A stretch of DNA of 64,000 nt from Ylistrum balloti (taxonomy: Eukaryota), in the NCBI RefSeq assembly GCF_031769215.1, contig NW_026782092.1, forward strand, positions 434,001 through 498,000, in the 5' to 3' direction. The notes beneath the pieces are model-generated. The model did no database searches and was not told the DNA's origin. It was given only the letters and a program-made list of their open reading frames with translations. Below, piece by piece: positions 13,170 through 23,800 of this stretch (its first letter is position 1; each line of letters starts with the position of its first letter). The translations under genes were made by a program, and so were the position numbers.

Positions 13170-13382
13170 CTTCGTTCTATCATAATAGGATCCGGAAGTA
13201 AAGATGTCCCAGTTGAAAATGCTATTGTCATTAAGGTTCTTCCTAAATCGACGGTCGCCTTCTATGAAGTCCTTCACTATTCCAGCAGCGATATTGATAT
13301 CATTTATACGAAGTCGTGCGGTCTCCATACGTTGTGATAAATATCCACCCGGATTATTGAGTCGGGGAGGCAATTTTGGTGT
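13170..13382 (-). CDS. cGLR coding exon with spine helix and GS activation loop
   Basis: ...IFTSGSYYDRTK; acceptor TCTTTCAG|ACA, donor AAG|GTAAGC; 213 nt, phase 0-0; joins the next exon as SGSYYDRTKNMSPDEFD. Confidence 0.88.
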
Positions 13383-14324
13383 CTGAAAGACCATGCAAAA
13401 CTCATTACCGAACGTGTCATACATATCTTTGAAGTTTGAATTATACTACATTTAAAAAAAACAATTTTTAGTTGATAGTTAATATAGTTAATATTGCTTG
13501 TACAGTAAACCAAACAAAACTGCATTTTATAGCTGTTCCGTCCTTCTAAAACTTGTTAGTAATGTCAGAATGAGGAGAAGCACTGGCCCTAAAAGTCAAT
13601 AAATGTTCTTTTCATATATCTGGATTAAAACGAGACATCCAGAATATGACAAATCTCGGTGAGTAAATGTTCATCAGGAGTGCCTACCACATGCAATCTC
13701 GAAGATCCCTTAATAAAAAATACTGTACGTTCAAATAATAATTTAAATACATCATATATCTGGTTAGTCTTTCTAGGATGACAATGACCTGAATATTGAA
13801 ACCTATTATAACAGAAGCCGAGGACAACGGACAGTGATAATTATTATTTGGATTGTAATTGTTACAAATTACTGAAATGTTTGTTCTTCACTTTTCAAGC
13901 GAAGAGAGAGATCCCGATTGGATTATCGCCAGATGAAGCAAGTCAAGTAATTACCTTGTATATTTAGATTTTTTTTCTAATGTTGTTCAACGTTATATCG
14001 CTTAGAAATATTCCCAGATAAATTCAAACCGAAATGGCTGTAGAAGACGTGCTTTATTCCTTAGTAAACACTATTACTCCTCATTTTAATGCGAGATTTC
14101 AATAGCATGCATTCTTGTTAATAATGTAATAATTCTAACTATCAGAGATTAAATTCTGAATAAGTATTCTTGCGTTATCAATCATACTTTGTAACGTAAC
14201 AATTTTTGTTTTTCCATGGGATTGATTGGAAAATATGTATATCATATACGGGAAAACCTATGAGCACAACCTCGTGACAAATGGATAATCTACCTCATTC
14301 ATTCAGATGGAGAATCCTACAAAC

Positions 14325-14480
14325 CTGAGGCTTATCTGGCGTGACATCAGTCTTCAATGGCGCACCTACTTCGTCAAACACAGGTCTTTCTTTACTAGTT
14401 GTATCATCATAAACCGATCCAGAGACTTTCTTAACAGGCATGCATAAGGCTTTGGTCGGTTCCTTCGGGGTCATTAGAAT
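14325..14480 (-). CDS. Putative low-complexity linker exon between ZnF array and cGLR domain
   Basis: Open 156 nt (ILMTPKEP...VTPDKPQ), donor CAG|GTTTGT phase 0; acceptor AAAGCAG has a poor pyrimidine tract, so the 5' boundary is uncertain. Confidence 0.55.
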
Positions 14481-14847
14481 CTGCTTTGCAATCTTTTTGT
14501 TTAAAACAAAGTATAGAGTAAAACAAGTACATTTACAAATTTGTTGATGGACTTTCAATTTGTTTTAAAATATCTTTGGTAATGTGACGAACTGGTGTCG
14601 ACACTTGCATAAATTTGTGTCACATCACATAGCTTTATCAACCCACTCCGTTGTTGATCAAATTTTGATTTTATCTTTATACGAGGTGAACTTTTAAAAC
14701 AGTAAAATCGACACGGCAGTAGCAACAACAATAAGATAAAATGATAAAAAAGAAATACCACAAGGCAATTCAAAAGTTTGTTCAGAAATGATAGAACAAG
14801 CACGCGAAAAAAAGTTATCTTAACGGTGAAAGCTTTTAGATAGGTAC

Positions 14848-16392
14848 CTCGTTTGATCCAGGAAAGCGAACTGCCACCGTATCCGTAGCCTTACACTTCT
14901 CACTGACATCAGTGTGCATTTTAGTCTTATGTCCCTTCAAAACGGACTCAGTTTTAAAATCGTCCTTTCCACATATTTCACATGAAATGATGTCACTACC
15001 ATTATTATTTGGAATATTTGGTCCTTGTGCACCGCAATGCATTTTAGTCTTATGTCCCTTTAAACCGGCCTCGGTTTTAAAATCGTCCTTCCCACATATA
15101 TCACATGAAATGATGTCACTACCATTATTATTTGGAATATTTGGTCCTTGTGCACCGCAATGCATTTTAGTCTTATGTCCCTTCAAACCGGCCTCAGTTT
15201 TAAAATCGTTCTTTCCACATATGTCACATGAAATGATGTCACTACCATTATTATTTGGAATATTTGGTCCTTGTGCACCGCAATGCATTTTAGTCTTATG
15301 TCCCTTCAAAGCGGCCGCAGTTTTAAAATCGTCCTTTCCACATATATCACATGAAATGATGTCACTACCATTATTATTTGGAATATTTGGTCCTTGTGCA
15401 CCGCAATGCATTTTAGTCTTATGTCCCTTTAAACCCGCCTCGGTTTTAAAATCGTCCTTCCCACATATATCACATGAAATGGTGTCACTACCATTTTTAT
15501 TTGGAAAGTTTGGTCCTTGTGCACCGCAATGCATTTTAGTCTTATGTCCCTTCAAAGCGGACTCAGTTTTAAAATCATTCTTCCCACATATATCACATGA
15601 AATGGTGTCACTACCATTTTTATTTAAAAGGTTTGGTCCTTGTGCACCGCAATGTATTTTAGTCTTATGTCCCTTCAAACCGGCCGCAGTTTTAAAATCA
15701 TTCTTCCCACATATATCACATGAAATGGTGTCACTACCATTTTTATTTAAAAGGTTTGGTCCTTGTGCACCGCAATGTATTTTAGTCTTATGTCCCTTCA
15801 AACCGGCCGCAGTTTTAAAATCGTCCTTTCCACATATTTCACATGAAATGGTGTCACTACCATTATTATTTGGAATATTTGGTCCTTGTGCACCGCAATG
15901 CATTTTAGTCTTATGTCCCTTTAAACCCGCCTCGGTTTTAAAATCGTCCTTCCCACATATATCACATGAAATGGTGTCACTACCATTTTTATTTGGAAAG
16001 TTTGGTCCTTGTGCACCGCAATGCATTTTAGTCTTATGTCCCTTCAAAGCGGACTCAGTTTTAAAATCATTCTTCCCACATATATCACATGAAATGGTGT
16101 CACTACCATTTTTATTTAAAAGGTTTGGTCCTTGTGCACCGCAATGTATTTTAGTCTTATGTCCCTTCAAACCGGCCGCAGTTTTAAAATCATTCTTCCC
16201 ACATATATCACATGAAATGGTGTCACTACCATTTTTATTTAAAAGGTTTGGTCCTTGTGCACCGCAATGTATTTTAGTCTTATGTCCCTTCAAACCGGCC
16301 GCAGTTTTAAAATCGTCCTTTCCACATATTTCACATGAAATGGTGTCACTACCATTATTTGGAATATTTGGTCCTTGTGCACCGCAATGCAT
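14848..16392 (-). CDS. Exon with 12 tandem C2H2 zinc fingers (41-aa unit), predicted N-terminal part of the cGLR
   Basis: Unit CGAQGPNxxNxNGSDxISC(D/E)ICGK(D/N)DFKTxxxLKGHKTK(M/I)H = C-x2-C-x4-F-x5-L-x2-H-x4-H. The ORF ends ...GSNE|GTACCT, a phase-0 donor; without splicing it stops at 14836. Confidence 0.8.
14912..16392. repeat. Coding tandem repeat, 123-bp unit x12, with a 4-unit (492-bp) higher-order duplication
   Basis: GGTCCTTGTGCACCGCAATG recurs every 123 bp; in protein order units 1-4 = units 5-8 (apart from a 1-codon deletion in unit 1). Confidence 0.97.
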
Positions 16393-16584
16393 TTTAGTCT
16401 TATGTCCCTTTAAACCCGCCTCGGTTTTTCAAATCGTCCTTTCCACATATATCACATCTAATGAAGTGATTAATAATTATCCATGCAGATTCGGGTTCTT
16501 TAGATTAATCGTGCAGTTTTGTTTGGTGATCTTTTAGACCGGCTTCCGTTTTGAAACCTTCTTTTCCACCACACGTGAATTCAC
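16393..16584 (-). pseudogene. Disrupted 5' part of the ZnF exon: two degenerate fingers with an in-frame stop and a +1 frameshift
   Basis: Acceptor TATGTTTTGCAG|G at 16585; EFTCGGKEGFKTEAGLKDHQTKLHD*...CDICGKDDL, then CTCGGTTTTTCAAATC (9 nt) versus CTCGGTTTTAAAATC (8 nt) in intact units. Confidence 0.7.
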
Positions 16585-17417
16585 CTGCAAAACATATTGA
16601 TACAACCGATTATGGCGTTTTTCTAAACTCGAAAATTGACAGTTGCTTAACCTATTAAAGGGGGTTTTAGAAATTATTGCTAATTCGATCAAGTTAATTT
16701 TTCTTAAGTCACCTCCAAGGTTTTAAACTATTTGGCCCTTAGGCTTACTGACAAGGCATAGACGGACGAAACAATTGTATGATGCACTTTAATCCATTAT
16801 TTGGTTCTTCTTTTGAATTCTTATTTTTTTTAATATTCAGTGTGTGTCTATTGTCAATATTTAAGATTGCAAGTGATAGACACTGCCACGTTTTAATTCA
16901 TTCAAGTAGTGATAAGATTCAGAAGCTTAAATCGCCATATAAAGAAACGATTCCTAGTGTGCCAATAAAATAGGCTAGCATGATACATGTCGCCATGCTT
17001 TCCTATTTATAAAATTGCCCAAAGTGTTGAGTTCTTCACATTGGAAACACAACCGTATATTCTCGGACCCTTTGATTATTTGTAAGCAGTTAAACCAATT
17101 TAATCTTGGAAAAATCATTCATTTTAAAAGAAGATAAAGTAAGTATAAAACTTTATTTTTGGTAAATAATGATAATAATTATAGTAAATGTTTAACTTTA
17201 TACATGAAAAACCTAGCACAAAATAAACAATATGTTTGAATAAGACATAAATCAACTTGCCTTGCGCAAGCATTCCTATCTACCATTAATATTTCGTGAT
17301 GGAATTAATTGCAGCAGTTCTATCCTGGAACAGGGCATTTTACAATAGCATCTCGCTTTATCATAATGTAGGAGAAAGCGTTACAAACATTGAAGTTACT
17401 AGATTGAAGACAACCAA

Positions 17418-17670
17418 GGCGAATTGCGCCGTGTATGCAGGAAGATCAAGTAATTATCATTCACTCTAAATTTGTATATTGTTGAGGTGACTCAGCACTG
17501 CACTCGAATGATATACCTAATCAAGGGACCGAATCAAATACATTACAAAACACATGTACAACCAATGACATATTTTAAATGTATGACTAATTTGATCTGG
17601 ATCAATAATGATACAATCTTTTTTAACACCTACGTTTTGTAATATGTAGTTTTCGTAACACCTTTCGCTG
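17418..17670 (+). repeat. ~250-bp direct repeat, copy 1 (copy 2 at 18345-18614)
   Basis: Near-identical GGCGAATTGCGCC...GAGGTGACTCAGCACTG...TAACACCT(T/C)TCGCTG; both copies carry TGACTCAGCA. Confidence 0.9.
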
Positions 17671-18249
17671 GCTGGTACGCGAACGCTGTATGCCACGTGT
17701 AGGCCAGCAACGTAGACATGCGTTGTCATAAGTATATTTATACTATGTCCTTCGTCAATAAAAAAAAGACATTTCATGATGGAATTAACCGTCGTTGTTT
17801 GGTGAAAGTTTGATGGATGCTGTTAAAGAATATATTATTTCATTGTTTGATCAAATAACAACAAAATAAATAAACTAAAGTATAATACCGGAAACACACA
17901 TATCCTCCCCGACCTCTCACACACTTATTAAACCCCACACAAAAACATGTCGGACACAAAGAAATAATTTGAACGAGGACTACATCAAGCTTGATACTCA
18001 CCTAAAAACAATATCCTAAATTGTTGTACTCTCCCCACTTCTCAATAAGTGTATGTATACAAATGACGGCTCCTTTTTAACAACGCACATTTACTTTGTA
18101 AACTTGTTAACCAACATACACTAAAGGCAAGGCTATATTACATAGCTCCGATATCTGTCGATAAGCCCTTCCCCCTTAGATAATGTCGCTATGCGTAGGT
18201 AAGTAGGTGTGTGGGTTTATGTGCAATTCGACATATTTCGGAGAATTGA

Positions 18250-18311
18250 GAAAGTGAAAGTGAAATAGCATAGTTGTAACGGGAAAACCATGATAATAAA
18301 TGTGGGCGGGG
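18250..18311. promoter_or_regulatory. ISRE/IRF element with adjacent kappaB-like site and GC box, upstream of the ZnF-cGLR gene
   Basis: GAAAGTGAAAGTGAAA (18250-18265), GGGAAAACCA (18281-18290), GGGCGGGG (18304-18311). Confidence 0.55.
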
Positions 18312-18344
18312 CATCAAATGGGATTTACAAGAAAAAAAAAACGT

Positions 18345-18614
18345 GGCGAATTGCGCCATGTATGATCACGTAATAATCATTCATTCAAAATTTTATTTTA
18401 TTAAAAAAGGAAAGTTTTTATAATGTTGAGGTGACTCAGCACTGCGCTCGAATGATATACGTAATCAATGGACCGAATCAAATACATTACACAACACATG
18501 TACAACCAATGACATATTTTAAATGTATGACTGATTTGATCTGGGTCAATGCTAATACAATCTTTTTTAACACCTAAGTTTTGTAATATGTAGTTTTCGT
18601 AACACCTCTCGCTG
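18345..18614 (+). repeat. ~250-bp direct repeat, copy 2
   Basis: See copy 1; contains an extra AT-rich stretch near 18390-18422. Confidence 0.9.
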
Positions 18615-18761
18615 TGGCAATCAATTCACTATCATTTAGGTTTGAACACGGTGTATATATATATACTCAGCATCATATAACAAGAATTCCTGTCAGAAAG
18701 AACCTGTGGCTTATCGGCTTTTTCCGGATTACTAATAGTTTGAAGAAAAGCAAAAAAGTCG

Positions 18762-18780
18762 TGACGTCACGGGAAACCCC
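18762..18780. promoter_or_regulatory. Juxtaposed CRE/ATF site and NF-kappaB site
   Basis: TGACGTCA (18762-18769) 1 bp from GGGAAACCCC (18771-18780), which fits GGGRNWYYCC. Confidence 0.55.
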
Positions 18781-20515
18781 GACAGATGGAATTTAAATAG
18801 CATTTAGAATACAATACGAACTTTGAATATGAATGAACGTATGGTCACGAAATGTTAAGAGGAAAAACGAAAATAAAATGTACAGATTATTTTTCCGAAA
18901 GAAACAAGATTGTACAAAAACGCACACTTAAAGAGCACCTTTAAATTATTTAGTTAGGCACAGTAGAATAAAACAGTTAATGTAATTGCCCAAACTTTAA
19001 AGCCTAGGGGGCGACTGGGGAAAGCGATTTACAGAAAAGTCAATGTGCAGCAGCCCCATAACTACATAGATTTCGTAAGTTTCATATGTCAGAAATTTTA
19101 GACAAGCGTTAAGTTTATGTATGTGTTCTGACCCGTGCCACTTCTCGAATGAATCAAAACACGGCATGCTGGTTATAGAAAACACCCACCAACAGTGTCT
19201 ACCACCTGCTTTCTCAAAGATAGTACATAAATAATACTTTAGTTAGATATAGTAGAGCCATATTTTCGACCTTGACCTATGATAACACCGTAGTTTAAAA
19301 CGCTTATTGTTGCCATAGTGTCTGCAGGCATTTAAAGTCATTTGAACGATATGTATGACGGGAGTCTTCCTCAAAACTGTCCAATACCTTCTCCGAATTC
19401 AGATTATTGTATAGTGAAAAGCTTTCCTTGGAACTCCTTCATCTGGAAGAAACAATGGTAATAAAAATACAGAGCAATCTATATCCCAGTCGCTGCGTTC
19501 TCTTTCTCCAACTTTTTTAAAATAAAGAATTACATAAACACTGGAAGACAATAGAGGTGTCACCTATATACAGGTTGATTATTCACTGTTCATAGTTATA
19601 ATATAGCACTTCTTAGTAGATTTTAATAACATTTTTCTTAATTGTAACATATCAAAATCAAAACTCTTTTCCATCGGATCCTATAAACAATACATCTGTC
19701 TGAAAGGATACAATACACCAAATAGCATTAAGTTATCAAGTCATGTGGTGGTAATTATAATCAATAATAACATGTAACACGTTTCAATATACATTTAAAG
19801 ATCCTCGTGAAAAAAAAAACTGACATGTACACAAGGTTTATAAACTTAAGCATATTTATTAAATACACATACAAATAAACAGATTTAGTATACGTGTTGT
19901 CCTTTATGCAGAAGATGTATCCGTTGTGGGCGATGTTCTGTATACCAAACTTGTGCATCTGCCATGTTGATGGTTGATGAGGAATATGTGATAGACCTTT
20001 CTCATTCATTATATACTTATAAATAGCTTGGATGTTCAATTATGAATATATATTACAGAGAAAGATTATATAGGTGTTTGTTTTCTGTTCAAGTGATCAG
20101 GCAAACTATCATCAAGTTTACAATACTAAATGTTGTGGCTGTCTCATTTCTGTTTTTCATATCTGATGAAAATAACATGTCAAAACCAGTTCAAGATAAA
20201 AAATAACCAACATTAAATTCTATGTGGATAGATCCATGTTTGAGAGTAGAATCCGGGTTATGTGGGAGAATGTAGGTAAACAGGTGGGGGAACATCACGG
20301 GTGAAAAAGGACAGACTATAGCAACTGTCACAATATAACTGCATCAATGTTGTTTTCAAAAAGTGGGAGAAAAGAGAACACAACATAATGACAATATTTC
20401 ATACGTCTATATGTGCTAAGATGAAGGAGAATTAAACTGAAATAGGAACAAAATTCGGACAATTTGTGGGACGATAGGGGAAATAGGAAAACAGAATTTG
20501 AACAATATGGGACGA

Positions 20516-20826
20516 TATTCGGACGGATTGTGGGACGGTTGTGGGACTACAGGGAAGGTATTCGGACGGATTGTGGGACGGTTGTGGGACTACAGGGAAG
20601 GTATTCGAACGGATTGTGGGACGGTTGTGGGACTACAGGGAAGGTATTCGGACGGATTGTGGGACGGTTGTGGGACTACAGGGAAGGTATTCGGACGGAT
20701 TGTGGGACGGTTGTGGGACTACAGGGAAGGTATTCGGCCGGATTGTGGGACGGTTGTGGGACTACAGGGAAGGTATTCGAACGGATTGTGGGACGGTTGT
20801 GGGACTACAGGGAAGGTATTCGGACT
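20516..20826 (+). repeat. G-rich minisatellite, 43-bp unit, ~7.2 copies
   Basis: GGGAAGGTATTCGGACGGATTGTGGGACGGTTGTGGGACTACA, period 43 (20552, 20595, ...). Confidence 0.95.
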
Positions 20827-23800
20827 GATTATGAGACGATAGGTGTACTGAGGAACAGAATGGGAACGAAAGAGGAACTAGAGGGACAGAATAGGGACAG
20901 AAGTTCTAAACTCTTTTCCATCAGATATAATACTAAGATACCAAGATTTGTGTGATTATCCATAAAGCTACCGTGGGGTCTTATGTCTATTAGAAGTCAA
21001 AAGTAATATGTCACAAGGGCCGTAACTATCAACAATCACTCGGAGCTTTAAAACAGTAATTTGATGCGAGTACCAATCAAGTAACATGATGGAAATGTTA
21101 ATGTCATGAAAGTGTAGCAGCTGATAGAGAACATTATTTGTCCAAATTTGTCCTGCAATTCGTTAAACGCGTTTCAGTAGGAGAGTACAAGACAGTACAG
21201 AATATTACCCGCCAGAAGAAAATATTTCGAAACAAACCGCGTATAGTTGAAAGAAGCAACCGATATTTCCGTTTTTATTTTCTTTATTTTTTTTTCTGAT
21301 TTTTTTTTATGAATTAATTTGAAGATTATATTACAAAGGAAAATTAAATCATTGAATCGACATAGCTTCCTGTACGAATTGTTACATCACATTGCGTAAA
21401 ACATGAATATATATTAAAACACTTCATATAGCCATCCATTTCACTTTTATCGTCATTTAAAATCTAGAATCATGTTATAAAAACACAGGACATGTCTCAT
21501 GATGAAAAAGTTACCTATGTATTTTTCTTTGGGATAAGAAATTGAGATCAAGCCAGAGTTCATAAAAAGGGCAACTTAGCTATGAAGAATTCATAAGCAA
21601 ATAACAACGATATTGCTAACTAAAATATCGGGGAGTGATCTTGCAACCAAGATCAATATTTTAGTGAGCTGATACAATAGTTTCCTTCGTGGTGTAACAT
21701 TTGTTTACTATGGTCACATGACCTTTACATTCTTTGCTTTTTTCTTGTTATTTATATAATGTTCTCCGCCTGATTATTTCTTTTCTTCAGAGAAAGATAT
21801 GTGTAACCATGCCTAAGAGTGAATTATATTACGTTCTGTTTCAGTGTCACCTTGTGCAGGACTGGACAGTGAGGCTACAGCCTTTATCGTTGCAATACAG
21901 GAAGCTTTTAAGGAAAACCTTAATTGATCAAAACCAATGAAAAAATAACAATTATGAAAAACCCAAGATGGTAAGGTGTACTAGTCCCACAATTTTGATA
22001 AATTTCACGTTTTCCGATATTCCATGATTTCGAAAGAAATTAGAAATGCATTCTCAATATACAAACTTTTAACCCTGATAATGTTTCGTAAATTTAAATG
22101 ATACAAACCTTAAACTAACGTCCAGACTAAATTCTATTTAAAGGATTCTTCTTTTCATCGCTTTCTGTAGATAGAATCTTTCTGTTTGTTGGTGTAGCGA
22201 ATGGTTCGATAGTTTACAGTGTATGGGAATGTGACATTTCTGAGTTGGATTTACAAAGTTTTACATAGATATCCTCGATGAAGCAGAAGATGCTTAATCA
22301 TACGGGGCACCTGGTCTTTTTCTCCTTCTACATTTTCATGAAGTTCTTTACTTCATATTTTGTACTGTACTGATTTCTTTTCCGTTTATACAAATTATGC
22401 ATTTTATACTTCGGAATAACAGATTTTTTTCTCACATGTTAATATTCTAACGTGGATTCCATTTTAGAAATTCAACATTTGGCTGAATATATACCTTTTC
22501 TTTCTTGGTAGTTGCTCGCCTTGGGGACTAAGGGCCATCAACAATATCATATTACCTCCTACTAGGTTACAATAGACAGGGGAGGCGAGGAATATGAATC
22601 ACTGAAGTCAATAGTAGACTCTTTGCAGTATCTGCTATTCTCATAAGGAGACATTTTTTCCGGACACTAACATCCTTTGATATAATCATAACAGCGTAGG
22701 CCCCAGAGCGTAGCGCCGGAGATTATGATATGGGAATAAAATCATAAGTTTGACCTAATTACCTCCCTTTATATTTTTTAAGATTTTACAAAAGATACAC
22801 AAGTGAATAACACCTTAAAATGCAAATTTAAATAAGCCATAGTAGAGGCAATAGAATAAACTGCATCATACAGCTGTTTCGTTCTTCTAGTACTCGTCAG
22901 TGATGGTAAGGACATCTTAATAGTGTCTGATAGTTTTTAGAAGAAGGAATGGACTAAACCGTGGCATGCAGGTAACGGCAGGCCTCGGGGACTAAATGTC
23001 AACCAACAGTGTCCTACCTCCTGAAGATATCGAAATCACAATTGAATAACACCTTTCAGTACAAAATTAGATTGGACATAGTAGAGCCAAACTATCAATA
23101 TAAACATAACTGAAACATAACTTTTAGTTTAGGCAAAATGTAAAACCTGTTTAGTTCTCGCGAGAGTGAGAAAAGGACAATGTAAACTGTTCCTCCGGTA
23201 CCCAGATATTGGTATGACCAAATTATTAAAACCCTTATCAGCATATAATCTCGTTAAGAATATTCTGTTAAAACATAAACTTTTTCTCAAATATATGAAA
23301 AAAATACCAAACAAACATTCTTGTATCATTGAATGTAGTCCTATTATGACTTAATTAAACAAAATTGGGCAACCGGTCTCATCACAACAACGTGGTTCGT
23401 TAATATAAGGGAGGTAACTCTAATAGAAAGCAATGCCAAAGCACTTTTTTTCGTTTCGATGCATATACACAAGTTAGCAACTACTACAATATTCTGAATT
23501 TACATATTATACTTGTACACGTCTGCTCTTGTAAAACACTCCGACACGCCCACAGTAACTTATGCTTTCTGGCCTTAAGTCTTAGAATTATTCTGGAACC
23601 TAATTTTCCAAACCAAAGTCACTAGAAGTATATTAGTCAAATTCTTCAAATATGTCGTGACGGTGATTTGTTGTACTTTTGATTTAACAAAAGCGCTAAC
23701 CTTTCCTCACTTCTGATAACTTTAACTGTTGGATTTAAGAAAAGGGTTAAAAATATAAATTTTTATGTGCATTTTCCTGGAAACGACAGAATAAGATATT

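Noticed and set aside
14555-14803. Possible extra exon between ZnF and linker
   Set aside because: From the best acceptor, the phase-0 frame hits TGA after 10 codons; it looks intronic
14912-16537. 541-aa plus-strand ORF
   Set aside because: Antisense shadow of the 123-bp ZnF repeat; the minus frame has the recognisable C2H2 pattern and splice context
20516-20826. CRISPR-like regular repeats (also 54341-55048 and the 123-bp array)
   Set aside because: Contiguous tandem units with no unique spacers, no cas genes, eukaryotic context
20464-20955. Three overlapping plus-strand ORFs with CGTTGK/WDYREG repeats
   Set aside because: Produced by the 43-bp minisatellite cycling through all frames; no domain signal
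22870-23300. Possible Penelope-like retroelement end (CAGCTGTTTCG...CTCGTCAG; similar at ~31590)
   Set aside because: Motif too short and no RT/GIY-YIG residues recognised
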